Of a stretch of 64,000 nucleotides of DNA, positions 11,367 to 21,310 are shown in pieces (within the stretch, counting starts at the first letter, position 1; every line of letters begins with the position of its first letter). A program made the translations under genes and the position numbers. Below the pieces are notes generated by a model. It was not told the DNA's origin. It worked only from the letters and a program-made list of their open reading frames with translations, and searched no databases. The stretch is from positions 2,432,001-2,496,000 of the forward strand of contig OZ219790.1 in assembly GCA_964291215.2 (NCBI GenBank). Direction: 5' to 3'. The DNA comes from Alphaproteobacteria bacterium. GTDB lineage: Bacteria; Pseudomonadota; Alphaproteobacteria; MPNO01; UBA830.

Positions 11367-12020
11367 TCATCGCGAAGCCTCCGTGGTGGCGCCGAGAAAG
11401 GCGCCGATAAGCGCCGGGTCCTTGAGCCCGGGCGCCGATTCGACGCCGGACGAGACATCGACGGCTGGAGCGCCCGAGATCCGTATCGCATCCGCGACGT
11501 TTCCCGGCGCGAGTCCGCCCGACAGCATCCAGGGAAGCCGCCATTCGCGCCCCGACAGGATACTCCAGTCGAAGGCGACCGCGTTGCCTCCCGGCATCGC
11601 GTTGATCATACGCGCAGGCGTCTTGGCATCAAACAGCAGCATGTCGGCAACCTCGAGATAGCGGTCGGCTACCGCCAGGTCCGCCGCCTCCGACACCTTG
11701 ATCGCCTTCATTACCCGCCGCCCGGCGCGGTTGCGGATCCCGACGACCCGATCCGGCGTCTCGCGGCCGTGAAGCTGCAGCATCACCGACGGCGAGATCG
11801 CGGCAAGGCGGTCGACGAGACCGTCCTCCGGATCGACGGACAGCGCGACCGGCACCACGTCCGGCGGCAGCAGGGCGGCAAGCTCGACCGCCCGCTCGGG
11901 CACGATATGGCGCGGCGACACCGGATAGAAGACGAAGCCGACATAGCGAGCGCCGCTGACGACTGCGGCCTCTAGCGCGTCGCGGCTGCTGACGCCGCAG
12001 ATCTTGACGTCGACCGTCAT
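11367..12020 (-). CDS. trpF: Phosphoribosylanthranilate isomerase
   Basis: [18 protein letters not shown]. Confidence 0.95.
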   Translation of the reverse strand: MTVDVKICGVSSRDALEAAVVSGARYVGFVFYPVSPRHIVPERAVELAALLPPDVVPVALSVDPEDGLVDRLAAISPSVMLQLHGRETPDRVVGIRNRAGRRVMKAIKVSEAADLAVADRYLEVADMLLFDAKTPARMINAMPGGNAVAFDWSILSGREWRLPWMLSGGLAPGNVADAIRISGAPAVDVSSGVESAPGLKDPALIGAFLGATTEASR

Positions 12021-12787
12021 CCGAGGGCCTCCGAGATCTCCTTCGCGATACGCCTCGCCACGGCCGCGGGATCGTCGGCACCGGTGATCGGCCGCCCGAT
12101 GACGAGGTGGTCGGCGCCCGCGGCGATCGCGGCGGCCGGCGTCATGATGCGTTTCTGGTCGTTCCTTCCCACCCAGCCGGGGCGGATTCCAGGGACCACC
12201 AAGGCCGGTCCGGGGCCGATTTCCTTGCGGATGGCCGCGGCCTCGTGCGGCGAACAGACGACCCCGTCCATACCGCTCCGCGCCGCGAGGCCGGCCAGCC
12301 GTACGGCTTGGTCCGCCGCTGCTCCGCGCTGGCCGACGGCGTCGAGATCCCGGTCATCGAGGCTGGTGAGCACGGTGACCGCGACAATCCGCGGCCGCGG
12401 CGCGGCAGCGCTCGCCGCGGCCTCGGCGGCGGCGCGCAGCATGGCCTCGCCGCCGGACGCGTGGACGGTGAGCAACGCGCAGCGGAGCGCGGCCGCGGCG
12501 CGCACGGCGCCAGCGACGGTATTTGGGATGTCGTGGAATTTGAGGTCGAGGAACACCCTGTGGCCAGCATCGACGACTCGGCGCACCCCCTCCGGCCCGT
12601 GGGCGGCGAAGAATTCGCTGCCGAGCTTGATGGCGCCGACTTCGCCGGCCAGAAGTTCGGCCAGCAGGAGGACCTCGTCTAGGCGCGTACTGTCGGCCGC
12701 GCAGAAGATGCGGTCGGCAATCGGCACTTCCGCCGTCGGCGCGGCCGTCGGACGGGGTGTGCCGCTCCGCCCTGTCCGTTCAGTCAT
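12017..12787 (-). CDS. pyrF: Orotidine-5'-phosphate decarboxylase
   Basis: FLDLKFHDIPNTV, VPGIRP, VIGRPIT. Confidence 0.95.
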   Translation of the reverse strand: MTERTGRSGTPRPTAAPTAEVPIADRIFCAADSTRLDEVLLLAELLAGEVGAIKLGSEFFAAHGPEGVRRVVDAGHRVFLDLKFHDIPNTVAGAVRAAAALRCALLTVHASGGEAMLRAAAEAAASAAAPRPRIVAVTVLTSLDDRDLDAVGQRGAAADQAVRLAGLAARSGMDGVVCSPHEAAAIRKEIGPGPALVVPGIRPGWVGRNDQKRIMTPAAAIAAGADHLVIGRPITGADDPAAVARRIAKEISEALG

Positions 12788-13130
12788 CAAGGAAGCGTGC
12801 CGGCAGCGAACGCGTCTCGGCCGCGGCAATCCGGGCGTCCGGCGCGCCGGGAGACATCGTCCCTGCGCCGCCCCGCGGCTCGAGGCGCCGGAGCTCGCGT
12901 TCCGCATGCCGTGCGCGCCGCCGCCAGCGGCTGCCGGCCAGCCAGCCGACCGCTATGCCGATGAACACGCCAGTCGCCAGCGCTGCAAAGGTCCACACCG
13001 AAACCGGCACCTCGATGGCGGCCGGCAGGGGCCAGAAATGGATGGATACGGGCTGCAGGTTCTTGACTGTGAACGCGCCAAAGACCAGCGCCAGGGGTAT
13101 GAACAGGGCTATTGCCGCAAGACGCTTCAC
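12780..13130 (-). CDS. LapA-family small membrane protein
   Basis: Two hydrophobic segments followed by a basic coiled tail; conserved position between ihfB and pyrF. Confidence 0.75.
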   Translation of the reverse strand: MKRLAAIALFIPLALVFGAFTVKNLQPVSIHFWPLPAAIEVPVSVWTFAALATGVFIGIAVGWLAGSRWRRRARHAERELRRLEPRGGAGTMSPGAPDARIAAAETRSLPARFLDD

Positions 13131-13190
13131 GGCCGGGCCGCCGAAGTCTGCATGTCACCGTCGATCCCGCTGCACCGCGCGGCCCGCCGG

Positions 13191-13505
13191 TCACCGTTCG
13201 CGGTTAACCCGGTCGAGCAAGCCCTTGCTGGCGCGGAAGAAAGGGACGAATTTCCGGCCGACCCTGATCGCCTCGCCGGTCCGCGGGTTGCGCGCATTCC
13301 GGGGCCGGCGATCCCGCACCGAGAAGGATCCGAAGCCGCGCAGTTCGGCGCGCCTCCCTTCCGCCAGGGCCTGCGCAATCTCGTCGAACACGAGCGAGAC
13401 CAGCGCCTTTACTTCGCTCTGCCGGAGGTCGGGATTCTGCCTCCAGAGGGCCATCACCAGATCCGACTTTGTGATCGACCGGGGTTCGTCTTGCTGCTTT
13501 TCCAT
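13191..13505 (-). CDS. ihfB: Integration host factor beta subunit
   Basis: TKSDL, ELRGFGSF, RNPRTG; located downstream of rpsA. Confidence 0.9.
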   Translation of the reverse strand: MEKQQDEPRSITKSDLVMALWRQNPDLRQSEVKALVSLVFDEIAQALAEGRRAELRGFGSFSVRDRRPRNARNPRTGEAIRVGRKFVPFFRASKGLLDRVNRER

Positions 13506-13598
13506 TTCCTGAACCAGCCGTTAGTGGACCGACAGATGTTTCCGGCGCGTATCCCGCGGCAGGACGGCGCCCGCCGGCAAAAGGGGTCCGCCTCGCTC

Positions 13599-15383
13599 CT
13601 ACTTCTCCTCGCCGTCATCCGGCTCGCCGGCCGCATCCTCGGCTGCGGGTTCTTCGGCCGCGGCCGACTCGTCGCTGTCCTCACGTGCGCGCTGCAATGC
13701 GGCGCCCAGGATGTCGCCGAGGCTTGCCCCGGAACTCGACGAGCCGTAATCGGCGATCGCCTGTTTCTCCTCGAGCGTCTCGTGGGCCTTGATCGACAGC
13801 GTGAGCTTGCGGTCTCGCTGATCGATGTTGGTCACCTGGGCGTCGATCCGGTCGCCTTCCGCGAATCGGTCGGGGCGCTGCTCGCTGCGCTTGCGCGAGA
13901 GCTCGGAGCGCCGGATGAAACCGGCGATGACGCCGCTGACGACCACCTCGAGACCGTTGTCGGTCACGGCGGTGACGGTGCAGGTGACGGTTTCGCCCTT
14001 GCGGATGTTGCCCAGCGGGCCGGCCACCGGGTCGTCCGACAGCTGCTTGATGCCGAGACCGACGCGTTCCTTGGAGAGATCGATGTCGAGCACGCGGACG
14101 CTGACCACATCGCCCTTCTTGTAGTTCTTGACCGCTTCGGCGCCGCTCTGGTCCCATGACAGGTCGGAGAGATGCGCCATGCCGTCGATGCCGCCGGGCA
14201 GCTCGATGAACAGGCCGAATTCCGTGATGTTCTTGATCTCGCCCTCGATCTCCGAACCCGGCGGATAGCTCTCGGCGAAGGACTCCCACGGATTGTCGTG
14301 GCACTGCTTGAGGCCGAGGCTGACCCGGCGCTTGTGGGCGTCGACCTCGAGCACCATGACCTCCACCTCCTGGCTGGTGGAGACGATCTTGCCGGGATGG
14401 ACGTTCTTCTTGGTCCAGCTCATTTCCGAGACGTGGACCAGCCCCTCGACGCCGGCCTCAAGCTCGACGAAGGCGCCGTAGTCAGTGATGTTGCTCACTC
14501 GTCCGGTGAACTTGGCGCCGGCCGGGTACTTGGCCGCGATGCCTTCCCACGGATCCGGCAGAAGCTGCTTCATGCCGAGCGAGATGCGCTGGGTCTCGGA
14601 ATTGTAGCGGATGACCTGCACCGTCACCGTCTCGCCGATCGTCAGCACCTCGCTGGGATGGTTGACGCGCCGCCAGGCAATGTCGGTCACGTGCAGCAGG
14701 CCGTCGACGCCGCCGAGATCGACGAAGGCGCCGTAATCGGTGAGATTCTTTACCATGCCTTCCAGGACCTGGCCCTCCTTCAGGCTGGCGAGCAACTCGG
14801 CGCGCTGTTCGGCGCGCGACTCCTCGAGTACCGCGCGACGCGACACCACGATGTTGCCGCGGCGGCGGTCCATCTTGAGGATCTGGAACGGCTGCGGGCT
14901 GCCCATCAGGGAGGTGACGTCCCGAAACGGACGGACATCGACCTGCGATCCGGGCAGGAAGGCGACGGCGCCCGACAGGTCGACCGTGAAACCGCCCTTG
15001 ACGCGTCCGAAGATGGTGCCGGTGACCTTGTCGCTTCTCTGGTAGGCGAGCTCCAGCTGCGTCCACGCCTCCTCGCGCCGGGCGCGTTCACGGCTGAGCA
15101 CGGCCTCGCCGTTGCGGTCTTCCATTCGTTCCAGATAGACATCGACGATGTCGCCGGGCTTGATCTCGGGAGGCTGCCCGGACACGCCGAACTCTTTCAG
15201 CGGAACCCGGCCCTCGGACTTGAGGCCGATATCGATCAGGACGTCGTCGCCATGGATGGACAGAACCGTTCCCTTGACGACGGCGCCTTCCAGCGGCTGG
15301 CCATCGCCGAAACTCTCGTCAAGCAGCGCGATGAAATCGTCCGTGTGGGCTGCCTCTGCAGCGGAGCCACTCTCTATGCTCAT
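13599..15383 (-). CDS. rpsA: 30S ribosomal protein S1
   Basis: Repeated S1 domains (YGAFVDLGGVDGLLH, GLVHVSEMSW). Confidence 0.97.
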   Translation of the reverse strand: MSIESGSAAEAAHTDDFIALLDESFGDGQPLEGAVVKGTVLSIHGDDVLIDIGLKSEGRVPLKEFGVSGQPPEIKPGDIVDVYLERMEDRNGEAVLSRERARREEAWTQLELAYQRSDKVTGTIFGRVKGGFTVDLSGAVAFLPGSQVDVRPFRDVTSLMGSPQPFQILKMDRRRGNIVVSRRAVLEESRAEQRAELLASLKEGQVLEGMVKNLTDYGAFVDLGGVDGLLHVTDIAWRRVNHPSEVLTIGETVTVQVIRYNSETQRISLGMKQLLPDPWEGIAAKYPAGAKFTGRVSNITDYGAFVELEAGVEGLVHVSEMSWTKKNVHPGKIVSTSQEVEVMVLEVDAHKRRVSLGLKQCHDNPWESFAESYPPGSEIEGEIKNITEFGLFIELPGGIDGMAHLSDLSWDQSGAEAVKNYKKGDVVSVRVLDIDLSKERVGLGIKQLSDDPVAGPLGNIRKGETVTCTVTAVTDNGLEVVVSGVIAGFIRRSELSRKRSEQRPDRFAEGDRIDAQVTNIDQRDRKLTLSIKAHETLEEKQAIADYGSSSSGASLGDILGAALQRAREDSDESAAAEEPAAEDAAGEPDDGEEK

Positions 15384-15456
15384 GGTCCATCCCTGTTGTT
15401 CGCGCATGATCATGCCGGTTCGGCGGCCTCCGGTGCACACCGAAGACAACCCCGCG

Positions 15457-16110
15457 TCAGTTCCCGTTGTTCCGCGTCAGGATGACCGACATTGCCACAT
15501 CGAATACAGCATCCACATCAAGATGCGTCGTGTCAATGACGGTCGCGTCGTCGGCCGGCACCAGCGGCGCCGTTGCGCGGGTGCGATCTCGCGTATCACG
15601 TTCCTTCATATCCCGCAGGACATCTTCAAGTCTAGCATCCATTCCCCTGTCTCGCAACTCCGCAAGTCGGCGCCGCGACCGTTCCGCGACGCTCGCGTCA
15701 ATGAACAGCTTGACGTCGGCACCCGGGCAGATGACGGTGCCGATATCGCGCCCCTCGAGCACCGCGCCGCCGGCGCCGCCGGGCGGCGCGGTGGCGAAGT
15801 CGCGCTGCAGGTCCCTGAGCGCGTCCCGGACGCCCGGGATGGCCGCGACGATTGTGGCCGCGTTCCCCGTCGCTTCCCGGCGAAGCGCCGCACCCGCGCC
15901 GTCGAGCGCCGCAAGATCGAAGCCGGTGGCAACCGCGACCGCTGCCTTCGGGTCTCCGGGGTCGATTTCGCGACGCAGCAGCTCGAGGCCGACGGCGCGG
16001 TAGAGCAGGCCCGTGTCCAGGTGCGGATAGCCGAGCCTGACCGACAGCCGGCGCGCCAGCGTTCCCTTGCCGCTGGCCGCCGGACCGTCTATCGCGACGA
16101 CGACAGGCAT
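15457..16110 (-). CDS. cmk: Cytidylate kinase
   Basis: AIDGPAASGKGT, LDTGLLYR, EGRDIGT. Confidence 0.96.
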   Translation of the reverse strand: MPVVVAIDGPAASGKGTLARRLSVRLGYPHLDTGLLYRAVGLELLRREIDPGDPKAAVAVATGFDLAALDGAGAALRREATGNAATIVAAIPGVRDALRDLQRDFATAPPGGAGGAVLEGRDIGTVICPGADVKLFIDASVAERSRRRLAELRDRGMDARLEDVLRDMKERDTRDRTRATAPLVPADDATVIDTTHLDVDAVFDVAMSVILTRNNGN

Positions 16111-16111
16111 G

Positions 16112-17437
16112 TCAGCCCCCGGCGGGCGTGATCTGTGCGCCCACTCCGTTCATGAGGTCGACGAAACCGGGGAAACTGGTGCCGATGGCCGCGCCGTCAT
16201 CGATACGGACCGCCTCGCGCGCGGCCGCGCCGAGCACCAGGAATGACATCGCGATCCGGTGATCCAGATCGACCCTGATAATGCCGCCGCCGGGCGGCGG
16301 ACCGCCGCAGCCGGCGATCAGGATGTCGTCGCCATACGCTGCCGCGTGTACGCCGCAGGCCGCCAGGCCGTCGACGATGGCGTCGAACCTGTTGCTTTCC
16401 TTGACCCTGAGTTCGCCGAGGCCACACATCCTCGTGTCGCCGACGGCGCAAGCCGCCGCCATTGCGACGACCGGATACTCGTCGATCATCGACGGTGCCC
16501 GTTCCGCCGGAATCTCGACGCCGCGGAGAGGACCGTGGCGAAACACGATGTCGGCGACCGGCTCGCCGGCCTCGCTGCGGCGGTTGGCAAAGACGATGTC
16601 AGCGCCCATCTCCTCGAGCGTCCGCATAAAGCCGCAGCGCAGCGGATTGACGCCGACGCCGGCTACTACCAGCTCGGAACCCGGCGTGACGAGGGCCATG
16701 ATCCCGGGGAACGCCGCGGAGGAGAGATCGCCGGGTACCAAGACGTCCACGGGCCGAAGCTCGGCATGGCCTTCGACCGCAACGACAATCCCGCGGTCGG
16801 TCGCCGCGGTCTCGATCGACGCGCCGAAGGCGCGCAGCATGTTCTCCGTATGGTCGCGCGTGGCACTCCGCTCGATCACCGTCGTGCGCCCGGGCGTGTT
16901 CAGGGCGGCAAGAAGGATCGCCGACTTCACCTGCGCCGACGGCACCGGGCTCTCGTATTCCATGGGTACCGGGTCGCGCGCGCCGCGCAGCAGCAACGGT
17001 AGGCGCCCGCGGCTGGCGGCGTCGAACGACGCACCCATGCGCGAAAGCGGAAGGATCGTCCGGTCCATCGGCCGTCGGCACAGCGAGGCGTCGCCGGTGA
17101 CGTGGGCGTCGAGGGGCTGGGTCGCGAGCAGCCCCATCACCAGCCGTGCGCCGGTGCCTGAATTACCGAAATCGAGAACCGCGTCGGGCCGGGCGAGGCC
17201 ACCGACGCCGGCGCCGTCGACCACCCATGCGCCGTCCTCCCTGCGTATCAGAGCGCCAAGCGCCGCGAGCGCCGACGCCGTCCGCAGGACATCGTCGGCC
17301 TCGAGAAGTCCGTCGATGCGCGTGCGTCCGACCGCGCTTGCGCCGATGATCAGCGCGCGATGCGAAATCGACTTGTCGCCGGGAACCCGGATGCGGCCGC
17401 TGACCGGGCCGGCTCGAGTTGATTGCAGTGCTGCCAC
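16112..17437 (-). CDS. aroA: 3-phosphoshikimate 1-carboxyvinyltransferase
   Basis: PGDKSISHR, SAQVKSA, ELRVKES, DHRIAM; GTG start with upstream GGAGG. Confidence 0.96.
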   Translation of the reverse strand: MAALQSTRAGPVSGRIRVPGDKSISHRALIIGASAVGRTRIDGLLEADDVLRTASALAALGALIRREDGAWVVDGAGVGGLARPDAVLDFGNSGTGARLVMGLLATQPLDAHVTGDASLCRRPMDRTILPLSRMGASFDAASRGRLPLLLRGARDPVPMEYESPVPSAQVKSAILLAALNTPGRTTVIERSATRDHTENMLRAFGASIETAATDRGIVVAVEGHAELRPVDVLVPGDLSSAAFPGIMALVTPGSELVVAGVGVNPLRCGFMRTLEEMGADIVFANRRSEAGEPVADIVFRHGPLRGVEIPAERAPSMIDEYPVVAMAAACAVGDTRMCGLGELRVKESNRFDAIVDGLAACGVHAAAYGDDILIAGCGGPPPGGGIIRVDLDHRIAMSFLVLGAAAREAVRIDDGAAIGTSFPGFVDLMNGVGAQITPAGG

Positions 17438-17668
17438 GCCGTTCCCGCGACCTCCCACACAATCGCCGCCAGCATGCGCGGCGGCCCCGACCTCACCGCA
17501 CCGGCGGGCCGGGCTTCGCCAGCCTGCAACTGATATCCGCGCTTGGGAAATGCGTCGCCCTGTCGCTTCCGGCACCTTGATGAGATGCCGTTTCCGGCAA
17601 TCATTGTCAACCGCAGCGCAAGATGATCCCGGATATTCTCACGCTAAGATATCTCGCCAAAATAGTTT

Positions 17669-18857
17669 CCCCACTTCCAGTCTGAAGTGCAACACCCGGC
17701 CCTCATCGCAGTGAGGTCGTAGCCCGAACGGAGATGAGGGCCGGGTGTTGCGCAAATTTTTCCTCTCTGCCCCTCTCGATTCCGCCTGGGAACAGCTTCA
17801 GTTCCTTCAACATCGAGCTTATGCAACGCCTTTGTCGGCTTCAAGCCACTATTTCGTCGTAGCGCGGCATGGACCCTGCTGCACGTTGCGGCTTTGGAAC
17901 GCAGATGGTCAGGGCGGTTTCACTTCAAGATTACCTCCGTCGGCGATCCCGGGACTTTCCGAGTGTTGAGCCGCACCTTCTGAACATCTTCGTTGCATGT
18001 CGCGCGAAAGTCCGTGCCCTTCGGGAAGTACTCCCGCACCAGGCCGTTGGTGTGCTCATTCAAGCCGCGCTCCCAGGAATGGAAAGGCGAAGAAGAAATC
18101 TGCGTCAAGTGCGACACGCCTGTGGTCTGCGAACTCTTTGCCGTTGTGATTGTGTGGACCAATAGCGCACCAGAGCCGAGCATCATAACCGAACCGACCG
18201 GGTCTTTCTGTCCACCCAGCAAGGTGTATTTCGTGGCACGAGCGACACGACAGCTCCACTGTGAGCTTTGCCGATGATGGCTCCCAGTCGCCGACCCGTT
18301 CCTTTGCCTCCGCAGGGCGCTCGGAAATGTTCACCCGGCCGGAATGGCATCCGCCCTTCCAGTTCGGCTTCTTGCCGCGCCGCCGAAGCTTCTTCCACAA
18401 GACGCCCCCGCCTCTCCGATCTTCGGCGATCATGGATCCGTTGCCGACCCACGGCCTTCCAGTCGAAAACGGCCGCTGCTCGGGGCCCTCCAGCAGCTTT
18501 TTCTGAGCTTCAACCCGAGGCGTCAACCGCCAGGAAACAGACGAGGCGGCCCTGCGGCGCGTTTCTGCCATCCTTTGCGCCTGCTTGTGACGGTAACCCC
18601 GTTCCTCGGTGTTGCGCTTGATCTCCCGGAAAATTGTTGATCGGCCCAGCTGCCGAGCAATCGCACCTTGTGAAAGACCGCTTTTCTGCCTCAATCTGAC
18701 ATCGCTCTTCGTAGGTGACGGTAGCCTTTGGACATGAACAAGCTCCCTCCATCTTGTACAGGAACTTTCGCCGCTGCTGGACAGCTCCGCAACATCATGC
18801 GTCTAAAAACACATGGCCACAGCCCATCATGTGTTGCACTTCACTATGGAACGGGGG
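17669..18857 (-). mobile_element. IS30-family element, copy 2, degraded
   Basis: Same TIRs and near-identical body to 402-1579. Confidence 0.92.
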
Positions 18858-19411
18858 CCTCTTTTTTTTAGCGTCTTCCTGACCGTTTCTTCCGAAATGC
18901 GCTCGACGATCTCCACCAGACGGCCGGCGAGCAGCGTCCACAGCCCTCGGGCGGGGACGAGACCAGCTTCGCCTCCATCGCCCCCGTTTTGGCCGGGGGT
19001 TCACCTGCTCCTTGCGGCTGAGGGCGGCGTCCAGCCCCCGCAGCGCTTGCGCAAGCGCTCGACCGTCGCCGTGCCGATGCCCAGCCCTATGTCGGCATCG
19101 ACAAGCGCCCCCTCAGCATCAGGATTTGTGCCCGGCGCCAGGCAGCCCCGGTGCCGTCGACGATCGCCTTCAGATCCCGGCGCTCCTGCGCTGAAAGGGT
19201 CACCCGGTAGAGCTTCCTGCCCCGAGAGTTGGCCATATGCGCTGCTCCCGTCATTGCGCCGAAGACCTGCGGGCATGCCCGTTGTCCGGACCTGCGCATG
19301 GCGCTGCCTGCCTGTTCGGCATCTTGCCCGTATCGGCACTGTCCAGATTCCAACGAACGCCGACACGAAAATACTACCCACCAAAACCATCAATACAATG
19401 CCGGTGTACTA
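18858..19411 (-). mobile_element. IS630-family element type A, 5' half, degraded
   Basis: Homologous to 41221-41798; KLYRVTLSAQERRDL, RRAQIL; truncated by IS30. Confidence 0.82.
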
Positions 19412-20531
19412 CTAGCGTCTTGTCATTCGTAAAATGTCGGATAAAGGCGTTTGAGTTTCACGCGGGCATCGTCGGTGGTGAACTGCCAATCCACCTTGGT
19501 CTGGATGCGGTCGCCTGCCAAGCGGCAACTTCCCGGCGTAGCACCTCGATGCAGTCGATGCGGCGGTTCAGGCGGATCATGACGTTGAGTTCCACCACGT
19601 TCAGCCAACTGCCATGCTTGGGGGTGTAGACGAACTCGAAGCGGTCCCACAGGGCCTTGGCCTCGTCCGGCGGGTAGGCCTCGTAGAGGGCGCCGGGGAG
19701 TGTTGAGATTGTCCATCACCAGGGTGATGGTGGTGGCATCCTGGTAGCGCCCGGCGATGTCGGCCAGGAACTGCGCCCAATCGATCTTGCGCTCGGTTAC
19801 CTTGGTCATGCGCTTGCCGGCCAGGGGTTCCGTGAAGACGTTGCAGGTACCGCAACGTCGATACTCGTAGTCGTTACGCGCTGGCTGTCCCGGCGCCATG
19901 GCGATCGGTTGCCGTGTCTCGCCGGTCGGGGCGTTTCGTCCATGCAGACCACGGGGAAAGCGGCGGGACGGCGATCGAGCACCTTCGCTGCGGCGAAGTC
20001 GGCGTTCCCTTGAGGAGGAATCACCCACCCGCTGCCATGGCTTGAGGCAGTTTTTTTTAGAACACGCCGCACCGTCTCGTGTGACACGGTGTAACCAAGC
20101 TCGACAACGCGGTCGGCCAGCAGCCGCAACGACCATTGCGCGTAACCCTCAGGCGGTTCACCACAACTCAGGGCCACCAAGCGCGCCTCGAAGACGCCGT
20201 CGGCTTTTCGCATGTAGGTAGGACGGCGCCGGCCACCCAATGCCGCCTCCAGCCCCTCGAAACGCTTCTTTACTCGGTCTACTTTGCGCATGCTGATGCG
20301 CAGAATCTCGGCAATGACCTTCCCGGTCATCTGGCATTCATTGAACGCGCCCTCGTCGCAGTTAAGCAGGGCGTTGATTACCTTTTGCGACAGGTGCGAG
20401 CCCTTGATCTCCGAAAGTTCTGCCCGTTCGTCCAAGGTCACCACGTAGCGTTTCATACTCCGACCTCCATCCCGAATGGACGGACAGTCTAGCACCAAAT
20501 GTACGACATATCATTGCTGACATAACACTAG
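19412..20531 (-). mobile_element. IS630-family element type B, degraded
   Basis: CTAG at both ends; VVCMDE, DYEYRRCG, VMDNLNT, DWQFTTDDARVKLKRLYP in shifting frames. Confidence 0.88.
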
Positions 20532-20753
20532 CGTGGGATCGCCGTGCGTTCCCACATGACGGGGTTGCACTCGGCTGCTGTGCGAGCTATACGTACATGC
20601 GATATGGCAGGATTGTGGTCGGCGCATGTGGCCGCAAACCTGTTGTACGGGAGGTTGAAGGCATGACCGAGACATCAGGGGATGTTGTGATGCGCGGACT
20701 GCCGTGGTCGTTCGGCTACAACGTGAGTGCCTCACGCGCGCGCGACCTTCGTA

Positions 20754-20777
20754 CCCCCCCCCCCCCCCCCCCCCCCC
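20754..20777 (+). repeat. Poly-C tract (24 C)
   Basis: Directly visible homopolymer. Confidence 0.9.
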
Positions 20778-21111
20778 GATTCGGACGCTGGACTGTATCG
20801 GCGGATGACCTTGGGAAGATATCCCGTCGCCTGAGCGCAAACCTCTCGGTCAGGGAGCCGGCCACGCAGGCGCACCACTTCCCTGACCTGCTTCGACGGG
20901 AACACGGCGGCTCACGCCACGCCGTCGGGTGCCGTTGCTTCAGGACCGAAGCTCTTTACACCTCAGACAACCGGGGTCGCACGGCCCTCGGCGAGCATTC
21001 GTTCCCTGGCATTCAAGCCTATGGAGCGGGATGGTTCACGCCCGCGCTGCGTCGGAAGCCACTCCATGGCAAGCCCCCCCCCCGGCGGGTTCTGACACCC
21101 CCCTCATCCAT

Positions 21112-21169
21112 CGTCTAAAAACACATGGTCACAGCCCATCATGTGTTGCACTTCACTATGGAACGGGGG
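21112..21169 (-). mobile_element. Isolated IS30 terminal fragment
   Basis: Matches the last ~58 bp of the IS30 copies, including the TIR. Confidence 0.85.
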
Positions 21170-21257
21170 TGGGAAACCGAAACCAAGGCATACATCAAAT
21201 GAACAGCTCGATGACTGAGAGATTCACGACAATTTCCAGACATCAGGTTGCGTAATC
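21170..21257 (+). mobile_element. IS256 right-end fragment
   Basis: Matches 60607-60690, ending CAGGTTGCGTAATC. Confidence 0.85.
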
Positions 21258-21272
21258 GTCCACAACCTAAGG

Positions 21273-21296
21273 CCCCACTTCACTATGGAACGGGGG
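21273..21296. mobile_element. 24-bp collapsed IS30 scar (fused outer TIR tips)
   Basis: CCCCACTTC + ACTATGGAACGGGGG, flanked by an AGG direct repeat. Confidence 0.85.
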
Positions 21297-21310
21297 AGGA
21301 GAAAAGTTCG

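Noticed and set aside
12084-17714. Large plus-strand ORFs (691, 437, 477 aa)
   Set aside because: Antisense to pyrF, rpsA and aroA, with no recognisable motifs.
20544-20750. GTGCG as a possible group II intron 5' end
   Set aside because: No similarity to the other intron starts and no RT or domain V downstream; it lies within a short hairpin.
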